A stretch of DNA of 63,499 nt from NCBI RefSeq assembly GCF_004010195.1, contig NC_057719.1:2946236-3009734 (forward strand), read 5' to 3'. The stretch comes from Chiloscyllium plagiosum (lineage: Eukaryota). Below, one piece after another: positions 39,846 to 51,097 of this stretch (position 1 is the first letter of the stretch; every line of letters begins with the position of its first letter). Below the pieces are notes generated by a model, which worked only from the letters and a program-made list of their open reading frames with translations, searched no databases and was not told the origin of the DNA. The position numbers and the translations under genes were made by a program.

Positions 39846-40208
39846 CTTGGTTCCTATCACTGCACTTCCAAAGACATGATTTCGACTATCTGGAGGTACA
39901 AAACCAGCAGATACATGGAAACACTACTGTATGCAAGTTTCCCTTGCTACTCACTTGAATTCCTTCAGTGTCATTGGGTCAAAGCCCTGGAATTCCCTCC
40001 CTAACAACATTGTGGGGCTACTTACAGCACATGGATGACAGGTTCCAGAAGGCAGTTATGTCTGAACAATAAATGTCCTAGCTTGTAATTCCCATTTTCA
40101 ATGAGTGAATAATAAGACAAAATGCTTCCAAAGCAGCTTCTCACAAGAACCACCAAATATTGACACCAAACCAAAATTATCTTTTAGGCCAGATAACCAA
40201 ATACCTGG

Positions 40209-40423
40209 AGAAAGTGAGGACTGCAGATGCTGGAAATCAGAGCTGAAAATGTGTTGCTGGAAAAGCGCAGCAGGTCAGGCAGCATTCAAGGAGCAGGAGA
40301 ATCGACGTTTCAGGCATGAGCTCGTCTTCAGGATTCCTGAAGAAGGGCTCATGCCCGAAACGTCGATTCTCCTGCTCCTTGGATGCTGCCTGACCTGCTG
40401 TGCTTTTCCAGCAACGCATTTTC
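40209..40423. mobile_element. Inverted pair of Penelope terminal repeats flanked by a 14-bp direct repeat
   Basis: 40235-40332 and 40334-40423 are reverse complements. AACCAAATACCTGG occurs at 40195-40208 and 40424-40437. Confidence 0.85.
40337..40364 (+). ncRNA. Minimal hammerhead-ribozyme-like core (Penelope-associated)
   Basis: CTGAAGA-AGGGC(TCAT)GCCC-GAAAC-GTC matches CUGANGA / stem II / GAAA. Activity not shown. Confidence 0.55.
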
Positions 40424-40564
40424 AACCAAATACCTGGTCAAAGATGAAGTATTTTCAAAGAGGAGAGAAAGGTGGATGTGTCGAGAGGGTTTTTACAGAA
40501 CTTCATACCTAGGTGGCTGAAATTCACAGCTACCAGTGGTGGGGAGATTGAAGTTGAGGACAGA

Positions 40565-40701
40565 TACGAGGATGGGGTAATTTCTCTTCCATTGGGATAA
40601 ACTGCTTTCCCAGGAGCAGACTGCCACAATGTGAATTTATAATGAGCCCTTTCTATAGAAGTGGGTCTAAGCACCAAGCAGAGCAGGATGGTGTAAAATA
40701 A
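40565..40701 (-). pseudogene. Putative following exon remnant (frameshifted)
   Basis: Strong acceptor tctgtccattcttttag 163 bp after the previous donor. Reads VLRPTSIERAHYKFTLWQSAPGKAVYPNGREITPSS, but needs a frameshift to join in phase. Confidence 0.35.
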
Positions 40702-40864
40702 CTAAAAGAATGGACAGAGTCCTAAAGAGAGTAAGGAGACCTGACTGAAAGCTTGATCACAGGGGCATCTTTTGAAAACACCTTTAAAAGTTTGTATATT
40801 GGGAAATGTGAGACAGCAGATTAATGGATAATGCTACCGCTGCTGGAAAAGGAAGGTGACCTAC

Positions 40865-40981
40865 AATGATGGCGTGGAACATAAAGAAATGTCTGTAGGA
40901 CCGACTGGACAGCAGCCATTATTAATGGAACCAACTTCAAGAAGTCGCCAGCAGTTTCAGAGAGGACTGCAATTTGTAAAT
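40865..40981 (-). pseudogene. Putative 117-bp phase 1-1 exon of a mucin/SEA-type gene remnant
   Basis: Acceptor tgtttctcctgcag, donor GTAGGT, stop-free DLQIAVLSETAGDFLKLVPLIMAAVQSVLQTFLYVPRHH. Phase matches the donor at 41799. Confidence 0.5.
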
Positions 40982-41798
40982 CTGCAGGAGAAACAGGCAC
41001 TTGCAAGTTTAAAAGAAGTCCTATGACTCACACAACTGCCTTTCACTGTCCACGGATAGAGATATTTGTCCTGTCAGTTCTTTTGTGTCGTTATAGATTT
41101 CACTGTCAACTCGGGACAGGCAAACTGTAAGTGGAATTGGTGCTAATTTTTAAAGGCTTTGGTTGACAGGAGTCTCTGAGGACTCTGTTCTCTTTACAAA
41201 TGAGTGCATTTTCAACATTTCACTGGCATTTGCTTGACTTAATGGCAGAGGTCCACTCATAATGCCAGGAGAGGAATCTGTGATTGTTCTCTTCCTTTTA
41301 GAGTCAGAGAGTCTGACAGCTACGAAAAAGCCCTTTGGCCTGTCGCATCTGTGCCGTTTGGAAACAGCTACCTAAATATTTTCTTCCCATTTTCCATCAC
41401 TTTGCCACCAAAAAACCTGCTCTCTGGTATTTCCTAAGTCTCTCCATCTCTGTCCCTAATCCAACAGTCTCTCTGCCAAACTCCTTCCTATTCTCACTTC
41501 GAGTTCTGTCTGTCCTCATGTTATTTTATTTATATCTCTCTGTTACATCCGCACACTCCTCCCCTTTGTCTCTCTCTTCGTACTTTCATATCTCTCCCTC
41601 AACTCCACTATTGGTTCGAACTGGCTGTTGAGGCACAGTGATAGTATCGCTACCTCTGAGCCAGTGACCTGGGTTGAAGTCCTATCTGTTCCAGAGTTGG
41701 GCTGTTGTGCTGGGGCCTGCCCACTCTGGTTGCATTTATTTTATTATTTGCTCTTTTCCAGTTTGTATTACTTCACTTATGTATTTCCCTTTATTTAC

Positions 41799-44700
41799 CA
41801 TCAGCAGCAGTGAGGAATCCCAGCCCAGACTCAAGTGGGCCCAGTGTGGACCCCATGGTGATGCTCAGTGAGCACAGCGTGGACTCCCTGGTGATGGTCA
41901 GTGAGCCCAGTGTGGACCCCCTGGTGATGGTCAGTGAGCACAATGCGGACACCCTGGTGATGGTCAGTGACCACAGCACGGGCCCCATGGTGATGGTCAG
42001 TGAGCCCAGTGTGGACCCCCTGGTGATGATCAGTGAGCACAGTGCGGACACCCTGGTGATGGTCAGTGACCACAGCACGGGCCCCATGGTGATGGTCAGT
42101 GAGCCCACAGTGGACCTCCTGGTGATGGTCAGTGAGCCCAGTGTGGACGCCCTGGTGATGGTCAGTGAGCCCAGTGTGGACAGCATGGTGATGCTCACTG
42201 AGCCCAGTGTGGACCCCCTGGGTGATGGTCAGTGAGCACAGCACGGGCCCCTTGGTGATGGTCAGTGAGCCCAGTGTGGACACCATGGTGATGGTCAGTG
42301 AGCCCAGTGTGGACACCAAGGTGATGGTCAGTGTGGACCCTGTAGTATGGTCAGTGAGCGCAATGCGGACCCCATGGTGATGGTCAGTGAGCCCAGTGTG
42401 GACCCTCTGGGGGTGGTCAGTGAGCCCAGTGTGGATCCCATGGTGATGATCAGTGTGGACCCTGTAGTGATGGTCAGTGAGCGCAATGCGGACCCCATGA
42501 TGATGGTCAGTGATCCCAGTGTGGACCACATGGTGGTCAGTGATCCCAGTGTGGACCGCATGGTGATGGTCAGTGAGCCCAGTGTGCACCCTGTGGTGAT
42601 GGCCAGTGAGCCTAGAATGGACCCCATGGCGATGGTCAGTGATCACAGTGTGGACTCCATGGTGATGGTCAGTGAGTCCAGTGTAGACCCCTTAGTGATG
42701 GTCAGTGAGCCCAGTGTGAACCCCATGGTGATTGTCAGTGTGCTCAATGTGGACCCCATGGTGATGGTCAGTGTGCTCAGTGTGGATCCCATGGTGATGG
42801 TCAGTGAGCCTAGTGTGGACCGTATGGTGATGGTCACTGAGCTCAGTGTGGAACCCATGGTGATGGTCAGTGAGCCCAGTGTAGACCCTGTGGTGATGGC
42901 CAGTGAGTCCAGCGCAGACATCATGGTGATGGCCAGTGAGCCCAGCACGGACCTCATGGAGATGGTCACTGAGCTCAGTCTGGACCCCATAGAAATGGTC
43001 AGTGAGCTCAGAGTGGACCATGTGGTGATGGTCTGTGAGTCCAGTGTGGACACCATGGTGATGGTCAGTGTGAACCCTGTAGTATGGTCAGTGAGCGCAA
43101 TGCGGACCCCGTGGTGATGGTCAGTGAGCGCAATGCGGACCCCGTGATGATGGTCAGTGATCACAGTGTGGACCACATGGTGGTCAGTGAGCCCAGTGTG
43201 CACTCTGTGGTGATGGTCTGTGAGCCCAGTGTGGACCCTGTAGTGATGGCCAGTGAGCCTAGAATGGACCCCATGGTGATGGTCAGTGATCACAGTGTGA
43301 ACTCCATGGTGATGGTCAGTGAGCCCAGTGTGAACCCCATGGTGATGGTCAGTGAGCTCAGTGTAGGTCCCATGGTGATTGTCAGTGTGCTCAATGTGGA
43401 CCCCATGGTGATGGTCATTGTGCTCAGTGTGGATCCCATGGTGATGGTCAGTGAACCCAGTGTGGACCGTATGGTGATGGTCACTGAGCTCAGTGTGGAA
43501 CCCATGGTGATGGTCAGTGAGCCCAGTGTAGACCCTGTGGTGATGGCCAGTGAGTCCAGCGCAGACATCATGGTGATGGCCAGTGAGCCCAGCACGGACC
43601 TCATGGTGATGGTCACTGGGCTCAGTCTGGACCCCATGGAAATGGTCAGTGAGCTCAGAGTGGACCGTGTGGTGATGGTCTGTGAGTCCAGTGTGGACCC
43701 CATGGTGATGGTCAGTGAGCCCAGAGTGGATCCCATGGTGATGATCAGTAATCCCAGTGTGGACCTTGTGGTGATGGTCAGTGAGTACAGCGCGTACCCC
43801 ATGGTGATGATCAGTGAGCCCAGTGTGGACACCATGATGATGGTCAGTGAGGACCCCATAATGATGGCAAGTGAGCTCAGAGTGGACCCCATGGTGATGG
43901 TCAATTAGGCCAGTGGGGACCCCATGGTGATGGTCAGTGAGGCCAGTGTGGACCTCATGGTGATGGTCAGTGATTTCAGTGTGGACACCATGGTGATGGT
44001 CAGTTAGGCCAGAGTGGACCTCATGGTGATGGTCAGTGAGTTCAGTGTGGACCCCGTGGTGATGGCCAGTGAGCCTAATATGGACCCCATGGTGATGATC
44101 AGTGAACAAAGTGTGGACCCCATAGTGATGGTCAGTAAGCTCAGAGAGGACCACATGATGATGGTCAGTGAACCCAGTTTTTGTCACTCTGGTGATGGTC
44201 AGTGAGCCCAGTGTGGACCCCATGATGATGGTCAGTGATCACAGTGCGGACCCAATGGTGATGGTCAGTGGGCCCAGTGTAGACCCCATGGTGATGGTCA
44301 GAGATCACAGTGTGGACCCCCTGGTGATGGTCAGTAAGCCCAGTGTAGACCCCATGGTGATGGTCAGTGATCCCAGTGTGGATCCCATTGTGATGGTCAT
44401 TGAGCACAGTGTGGACCCTGTGGTGATGGCCAGTGAGTCCAGCGCAGACATCATGGTGATGGCCAGTGAGCCCAGCATGGACCTCATGGTGATGGTCACT
44501 GGGCTCAGTCTGGACCCCATGGAAATGGTCAGTGAGCTCAGAGTGGACCGTGTGGTGATGGTCTGTGAGTCCAGTGTGGACCCCATGGTGATGGTCAGTG
44601 ATCCCAGTGTGGATCCCATTGTGATGGTCATTGAGCACAGTGTGGACCCCATGGTGATGGTCAGTGAGCCCAGTGTGGACCCCATCGTGGTGGTCAGTGA

Positions 44701-47700
44701 GCCCAGTGTGGACACCATGATGATGGTCAGTGAGCTCAGTGTGGACCCCGTGGTGATGGCAAGTGAGCTCAGAGTGGCCCCCATGGTGATGGTCAAATAG
44801 GCCAATGGGGACCCCATGGTGATGGTCAGTGAGGCCAGTGTGGACCCTGTGGTGATGGTCAGTGAGCCCAGTGTGGACCCCATGATGATGGTCAGTGATC
44901 ACAGTGCGGACCCCATGGTGATGGTCAGTGGGCCCAGTGTAGACCCCATGGTGATAGTCAGAGATCACAGTGTGGACCCCCTGGTGATGGTCAGTAAGCC
45001 CAGTGTAGACCACATGGTGATGGTCAGTGAATCTAGTGTGGACCCCATGGTGATGGTCAGTGAGCCCAGTGTGGACCCCGTGGGGATGGTCAGTGAGCTC
45101 AGTGTGGACACAATGGTGATGGTCAGTGAGCCCAGTGTGGAGCCCATCGAGGTGGTCAGTGAGCCCAGTGTGGACACCATGGTGATGGTCAGTGTGGACC
45201 CTGTAGTGATGGTCAGTGAGCGCAATGCAGATCCCGTTATGATGGTCAGTGATCACAGTGTGGACCCCATGGTGATGGTCAGTGAGCTCAGTCTGGACCC
45301 CATGGTGATGGTCAGTGAGCTCAGAGTGGACCCTGTTGTGCTGGTCAGTGAGTCCAGTGTGGACCCCATGGTGATGGTCAGTGAGCCCAGTGTGGATCCC
45401 ATGGTGATGGTCAGTAATTCCAGTGTGGACCCAGTGGTGATGGTCAGTGAATCCAGCGTGGACCCCATGGTGATGGTCAGTGAGTCCAGTGTGGACACCA
45501 TGGTGATGGTTAGTGAGCTCAGTGTGGACGTCATGGTGATGGTCAGTGAGCCATGTGTGCACCCCATGAGGATGGTCAGTGAGCCCAGTGTGGACACCAT
45601 GGTGATGGTCAGTGAGCCCAGTGTGGACCCCATCGTGATAGTTAATGTGGACCCTGTAGTGATGGTCAGTGAGCGCAATGCGGACACCGTGATGATGGTC
45701 AGTGATCACAGTGTGGACCCCATGGTGATGGTCAGTGACCCCAATACAGACCGCATATTGATAGTCAGTGATCCCAGTGTGGACCCCATGGTGATGGTCA
45801 GTGAGCCCAGTGTGGACCCTGTGGTGATGGTCAGTGAGCCTAGTGTGGACCCCATGGTGTTAGTCAGTGAGCCCAGTGTGGACCCAGTGGTGATGGTCAT
45901 TGAGCCCAGTGTGAACCCTGTGGTGATGGACAGTGAGCCTAGAATGGACCCCATGGTGATGGTCAATGATCATGTGTGGAGCCCATGGTGATGGTCAGTG
46001 AGTCCTGTGTGGACACCATTGTGATGGTCAGTGAGCCCAGTGTGAACCCCATTGATATGGCCAATGAGCTCAGTGTAGGCCGCATGATGATGGTCAGTGT
46101 GCTCAGTGTAGACCCCATGGTGATGGTCTGTCATCACAGTGTAGACCCCATGGTGATGGTCATTGAGCTCACTGTGGCCCCATAGTGATGGTCAGTGTGC
46201 TCAGTGTGGATCCCATGGTGATGGTCAGTGAGCCCAGTGTGGACCACATGGTGATGGTCAGTGAGCCCAGTGTACACCACATGGTGATGGTTAGTGAGCC
46301 CAGTTTCCACACCATAGTGATGGTCAGTGATCACAGTATGGATCCAATAGTGATCGTCAGTGAGTCCAGTGTAGACCCCATGGTGATGGTCAGTGAGCCC
46401 AGTGTCGGTCTCATGGTGATGGTCAGTGAGCCCAGTGTGAACCCCATTGATATGGACAGTGAGCTCAGTGCATGCCGCATGATGATGGTCAGTGTGCTCA
46501 GTGTGGACCCCGTGGTGATGGTCAGTGAGCCCAGTGTGGACCCTCTGATGATGGTCAGTGAGTCCAGTGCAGGCACCATGGTGATGGCCAGTGAGCCCAG
46601 CACGGACCTCATGGCGATGGTCAGTGAGCTCAGAGTAGACCCCATGGTGATGGTCAGTGAGCCCAGTATGGACCCTATGGTGATGGTCAGTGTGCCCAGT
46701 GTGGATCCCGTGGTGATGGTCAGTGAGCCCACTGTGGACACCATGGTATTGGTCAGTGAGCCCAGTGTGGAACACATGGTGATGGTCATTGAGTTCAGTG
46801 TAGACCCTGTGGTGATGGTCAGTGAGTCCAGTGCAGACATCATGGTGATGGTCAGTGAGCTCACGGTGGGCCCAATGGTGATGGTAAGTCTAGTCAGTGA
46901 GCACCCCATAGTGATGGTCAGTGAGCACAGTTTGGACCTCGTGGTGATGGTCAGTGGGCCCAGTGTGGAGCCCATGGCGTTGGTCAGTGAGCCCATTGTG
47001 GGCCTAATGGTGATGATTGGTGAGCCCAGTGTGGATCCCATTGTGATGGTCAGTGAACTCAGTCTGGACCCCATGGTGATGGCCAGTGTGGGCCCAGTGT
47101 GCATCCTGTGGTGATGGTCAGTGAGCCCAGTATGGGCCCCATGGTGATGGTCAGTGAACAGAGTGTGGACACCATGGTGACGGTCTGTGAGCCCGGTTTG
47201 GATCCCATGGTGATGGTCAGTGAGCTCAGAGTGGACCCCATGATGATGGTCAGTGAACCCAGTTTTTGACCCTGTGGTGATGGTCAGTGATCCCAGTATG
47301 GACACTGTGGTGATGGTCATTGAGCCCAGTGTAGATCCCATGGTGATAGTCAGTGATCACAGTGTTGACCCCATGGTGATGGTCAGTGAGTCCAGTGTAG
47401 ACCCCATGATGATGGTCAGTGATCCCAGTGTGGATTCCTTGGTGATGGTCATTGAGCACAGTGTAGACCCCATGGTGATGGTCAGTGTGCTCAGTGTGGT
47501 CCCCATGATGATGGTCAGTGAGCCCAGTTTGAACTCCATGGTGATGGTCAGTGAGCCCAGTGTGGATCGCATGGTGATGATCATTGAGCTTAGTGTGGAA
47601 CCCATGGTGATGGTCATTGAGCCCAGTGTAGACCCTGTGGTGATGGTCAGTGAGTCCAGCACAGACACCATGGTGATGGTCAGTGAGCCAGCAAGGACCT

Positions 47701-49980
47701 CATGGTGATGGTCGGTGAGCCCAGTGTGACTCCCATTGTGATGATCAGTGAGCTCAGAGTGGACCCTGTGGTGCTGGTCAGTGAGTCCAATGTGGACCCC
47801 TGGTGATGGTCAGTGATCCCAGTGTGGATTTCATGGTGATGGTCATTGAGCACAGTGTAGACCCCATGGTGATGGTCAGTGTGCTCAGTGTGGACCCCAT
47901 GATGATGGTCAGTGAGCCCAGTTTGAACTCCATGGTGATGGTCAATGAGCCCAGTGTGGATCGCATGGTGATGGTCATTGAGCCCAGTGTAGACCCTGTG
48001 GTGATGGTCAGTTAGTCCAGCACAGACACCATAGTGATGGTCAGTGAGCCAGCAAGGACCTCATAGTGATGGTCGGTGAGCCAGTGTGACTCCCATTGTG
48101 ATGATCAGTGAGCTCAGTCTGGACCCCATGGTGATGGTCAGTGAGCTCAGAGTGGACCCTGTAGTGCTGGTCAGTGAGTCCAATGTGGACCCCATGGTGA
48201 TGGTCAGTGAAACCAGTGTGGATCCCATGGTGATGATCAGTAATCCCAGTGTGGAGACTGCAGTGGTGGTCAGTGAGTCCAACGCGGATGCCATGGTGAT
48301 GGTCTGTGAGCCCAGTTTGGATCCCATGGTGATGGTCAGTGAGCTCAGAGTGGACCCCATGGTGATGGTCAGTAAACCCAGTTTTTGACCCTGTGGTGAT
48401 GGTCAGTGATCCCAGTATGGACTCTGTGGTGATGGTCATTGAGCCCAGTGTAGACCCCATGGTGATGGTCAGTGATCCCAGTGTGGATTCCATGGTGATG
48501 GTCATTGAGCACAGTGGAGACCCCATGGTGATGGTCATTGAGCACAGTGTAGACCCCATGGTGATGGTCAGTGTGCTCAGTGTGGACACCGTAGTGATGG
48601 TCAGTGAGCCCACTTTGAACTCCGTGGTGATGGTCATTGAGCCCAGTGTAGACCCTGTGGTGATGGTCAGTGAGTCCAGCACAGACACCATGGTGATGGT
48701 CAGTGAGCTCACTGTGGGCCCCATGGTGATGGTAAGTCTGCTCAGTGAGGACCCCATAGTGATGGTCAGTGAGCACAGTTTGGACCTCGTGGTGATGGTC
48801 AGTGAGCCCAGTGTGGAGCCCATGGTGTTGGTCAGTGAGCCCAGTGTGGGCTCTATGGTGATGGTCATTGAGCACAGTGTAGACCCCATGGTGATGGTCT
48901 GTGATCACAGTGTGAACCCCATGGTGATGGTCATTGAGCTCACTGTGGCCCCATAGTGATGGTCAGTGTGGATCCCATGGTGATGGTCAGTGAGCCCAGT
49001 GTGGACCACATGGTGATGGTCAGTGAGCCCAGTGTACACCACATGGTGATGGTTAGTGAGCCCAGTATCCACACCATAGTGATGGTCAGTGATCACATTA
49101 TGGATCCCATAGTGATCGTCAGTGAGTCCAGTGTAGACCCCATGGTGATGGTCAGTGAGCCCAGTGTGAACTCCATTGATATGGCCAGTGAGCCCAGTGT
49201 GGATCGCATGGTGATGATCATTGAGCTCAGTGTGGAACCCATGGTGTTGGCCATTGAGCCCAGTATGGACCTCATGGTGATGGTCAATAAACACAGTGTG
49301 GACTCCATGGCGATGGTCAGTGAGCTCAGAGTGGACCCCAGTAATGATGGTCAGTGATCACAGTGTGGACCCCATGGTGATGATCAGAGATCACAGTGTG
49401 GACCCCGTAGTGATGGTCAGTGATCCCAGTGTGGATTCCATGGTGATAGTCATTGAGCACAGTGTAGACCCCATGGTGATGGTCTGTGATCACAGTGTGA
49501 ATCCCATGGTGATGGTCATTGAGCTCAATGTGGCCCCATGGTGATGGTCAGTGTGCTCAGGGTGGATCCCATGGTGATGGTCAGTGAGCCCAGTGCAGTC
49601 ACCATGGTGATGGTCAGTGAGCCCAGTGTGGATCCTTTGGTGATGGTCAGTGATCCCAGCATTGATCCCGTGGCAGTGGCAGGTAAGGCCCTTACTTATG
49701 TCTTCAGGAACAGGACCTGGCATTGGAATCTGCAGCTGCTATACTGGTAGAGGTGAAATCAGTGAGGTAGACCCAACAGTGAAAGATGGAACCTCAGGAG
49801 TGGTGACTTCACCATCGGTTTGGTCTGGTGTAGATGGTGTAGGGATGCTGGCAAAGGTGTCGTTGATGATGAACTGGCTCAGGACTGCTGGACTCTCTTT
49901 AAGCTTTATCTTTCTTTTATTTGTAAGATTGTTCAAAATGGCTCGGAATTGTGGCAACTCTATTTTACTGGTTTTTCTCA
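41799..49980 (-). pseudogene. Putative ~8.2 kb mucin-like exon (unique Pro/Thr/Ser lead plus Thr/Ser repeat), disrupted
   Basis: Acceptor gtattttacag at 49981 (phase 1) opens VRKTSKIELPQFRAILNNL...ASIPTPSTPDQTDGEVTTPEVPSFTVGSTSLISPLPV, with TAG at 49741-49739. The array ends TMGSTLGPLESGLGFLTAAD-G|GTAAAT (phase-1 donor). Multiple stops and frameshifts inside. Confidence 0.45.
41834..49672. repeat. 33-bp (11-codon) tandem array, roughly 235-240 units, with higher-order duplications
   Basis: Consensus + strand ATGGTCAGTGAGCCCAGTGTGGACCCCATGGTG. Open frames: + MVSEPSVDPMV, - TMGSTLGSLTI, - TDHHHGVHTGL. Confidence 0.98.
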
Positions 49981-51097
49981 CTGTAAAATACAGCTGACAA
50001 TAAATCATTCAAAGTTCCTGAACCTCAGTCTGTTCTCCTTTTTAAAAATTTCTTATGGCATGTGAGTGCTGCTGGCTGGCCAGCATTTATTGCCCATCCC
50101 TAGTTGCCCTTCTAAAGAGCAAACCCCTCCGACATTGTACCCTGAATTTTAGTCAGTGTCATAGTCAGTAATCAAGGGTTCTGGGGAAAAGGCAGAAATG
50201 TTGAGCTGACGATTATCAGAGCAGCCATGATTGTCGTGAATTGTAGAGTAGGCTCAATGGGTTGAATGACCTATTTCTGTTCTGACAAGACTTATGCCAA
50301 GTCGTCAACTTAACCCTCTCTTTCCCATTCTTCCCAACCAAAGTACAATCCTAGTAGAATCTTAAACAAACAGGTCTAATTACTGTTGAATCAAGATTTG
50401 CTTGTTTAGTATTCAATCAAATACTAAACAAGCTGGAACAGTCTGTCTCAATCTCTCCTCTGTGCATTCACCATTAAGAGCTGAAATCCTCTGTGTGCAC
50501 TCAGTCATGTTTGTGTACTTTTACAAAGGGAAGCATTCCTCTCTATAGCTCTAATCTTCATGAAGATTTGCATAAATTGCAAAATATGAATCAATCCCAC
50601 CGCCCCCTGCGCCTACAGTGTTATGCCCAGTCCAACCTCCAGATGTCAACAACAAGATGTTGTGAGGGATGTGTTCTGGGGTTATGATGAATTGGTCTGA
50701 GCAGACTGTCAGGAACCAGCATGCCACTGAGGCAGGACGATGTCAGGATTTGGAAAGTAAGTAGTCTGTAATTTGTCAAGTGGCACTGTGCATTCTCTCT
50801 TTGCTTGAAGGCTATTCTTTTCTATTTAATATGTTGCCACACATCAAAGATTCCTTACCAACTTTTCTCACTGTTTTCTCTTCATGACAGTTTTCCCTCA
50901 TTTCTTGAAGAGAATTGTTAGAAACATTGTACAGGATGACAGCACAAAATGGCACATTGGTTAAAATAAAAGCAAAATACTGTGGATGTTGGAAATCATA
51001 AACAAATATAGAGAATGCTGGAGAAGCTCAGCAGGTCTAGCAGCATCTTTGGAGAGGAAAATACAGTTTTGAGTTTCAAGTGACTTGCTTTTCATAA

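Noticed and set aside
41834..49672. Selenocysteine recoding: in the Thr frame one codon position alternates among GGC, GGA, AGC, TGC (Cys) and TGA
   Set aside because: TGA is explained by combining two independent common variants (first base T, third base A). The frame also has frameshifts, and I saw no SECIS. A SECIS search downstream would settle it.
41705..49750. Dozens of 60-526 aa ORFs treated as separate genes
   Set aside because: All are alternative readings of one 33-bp array.
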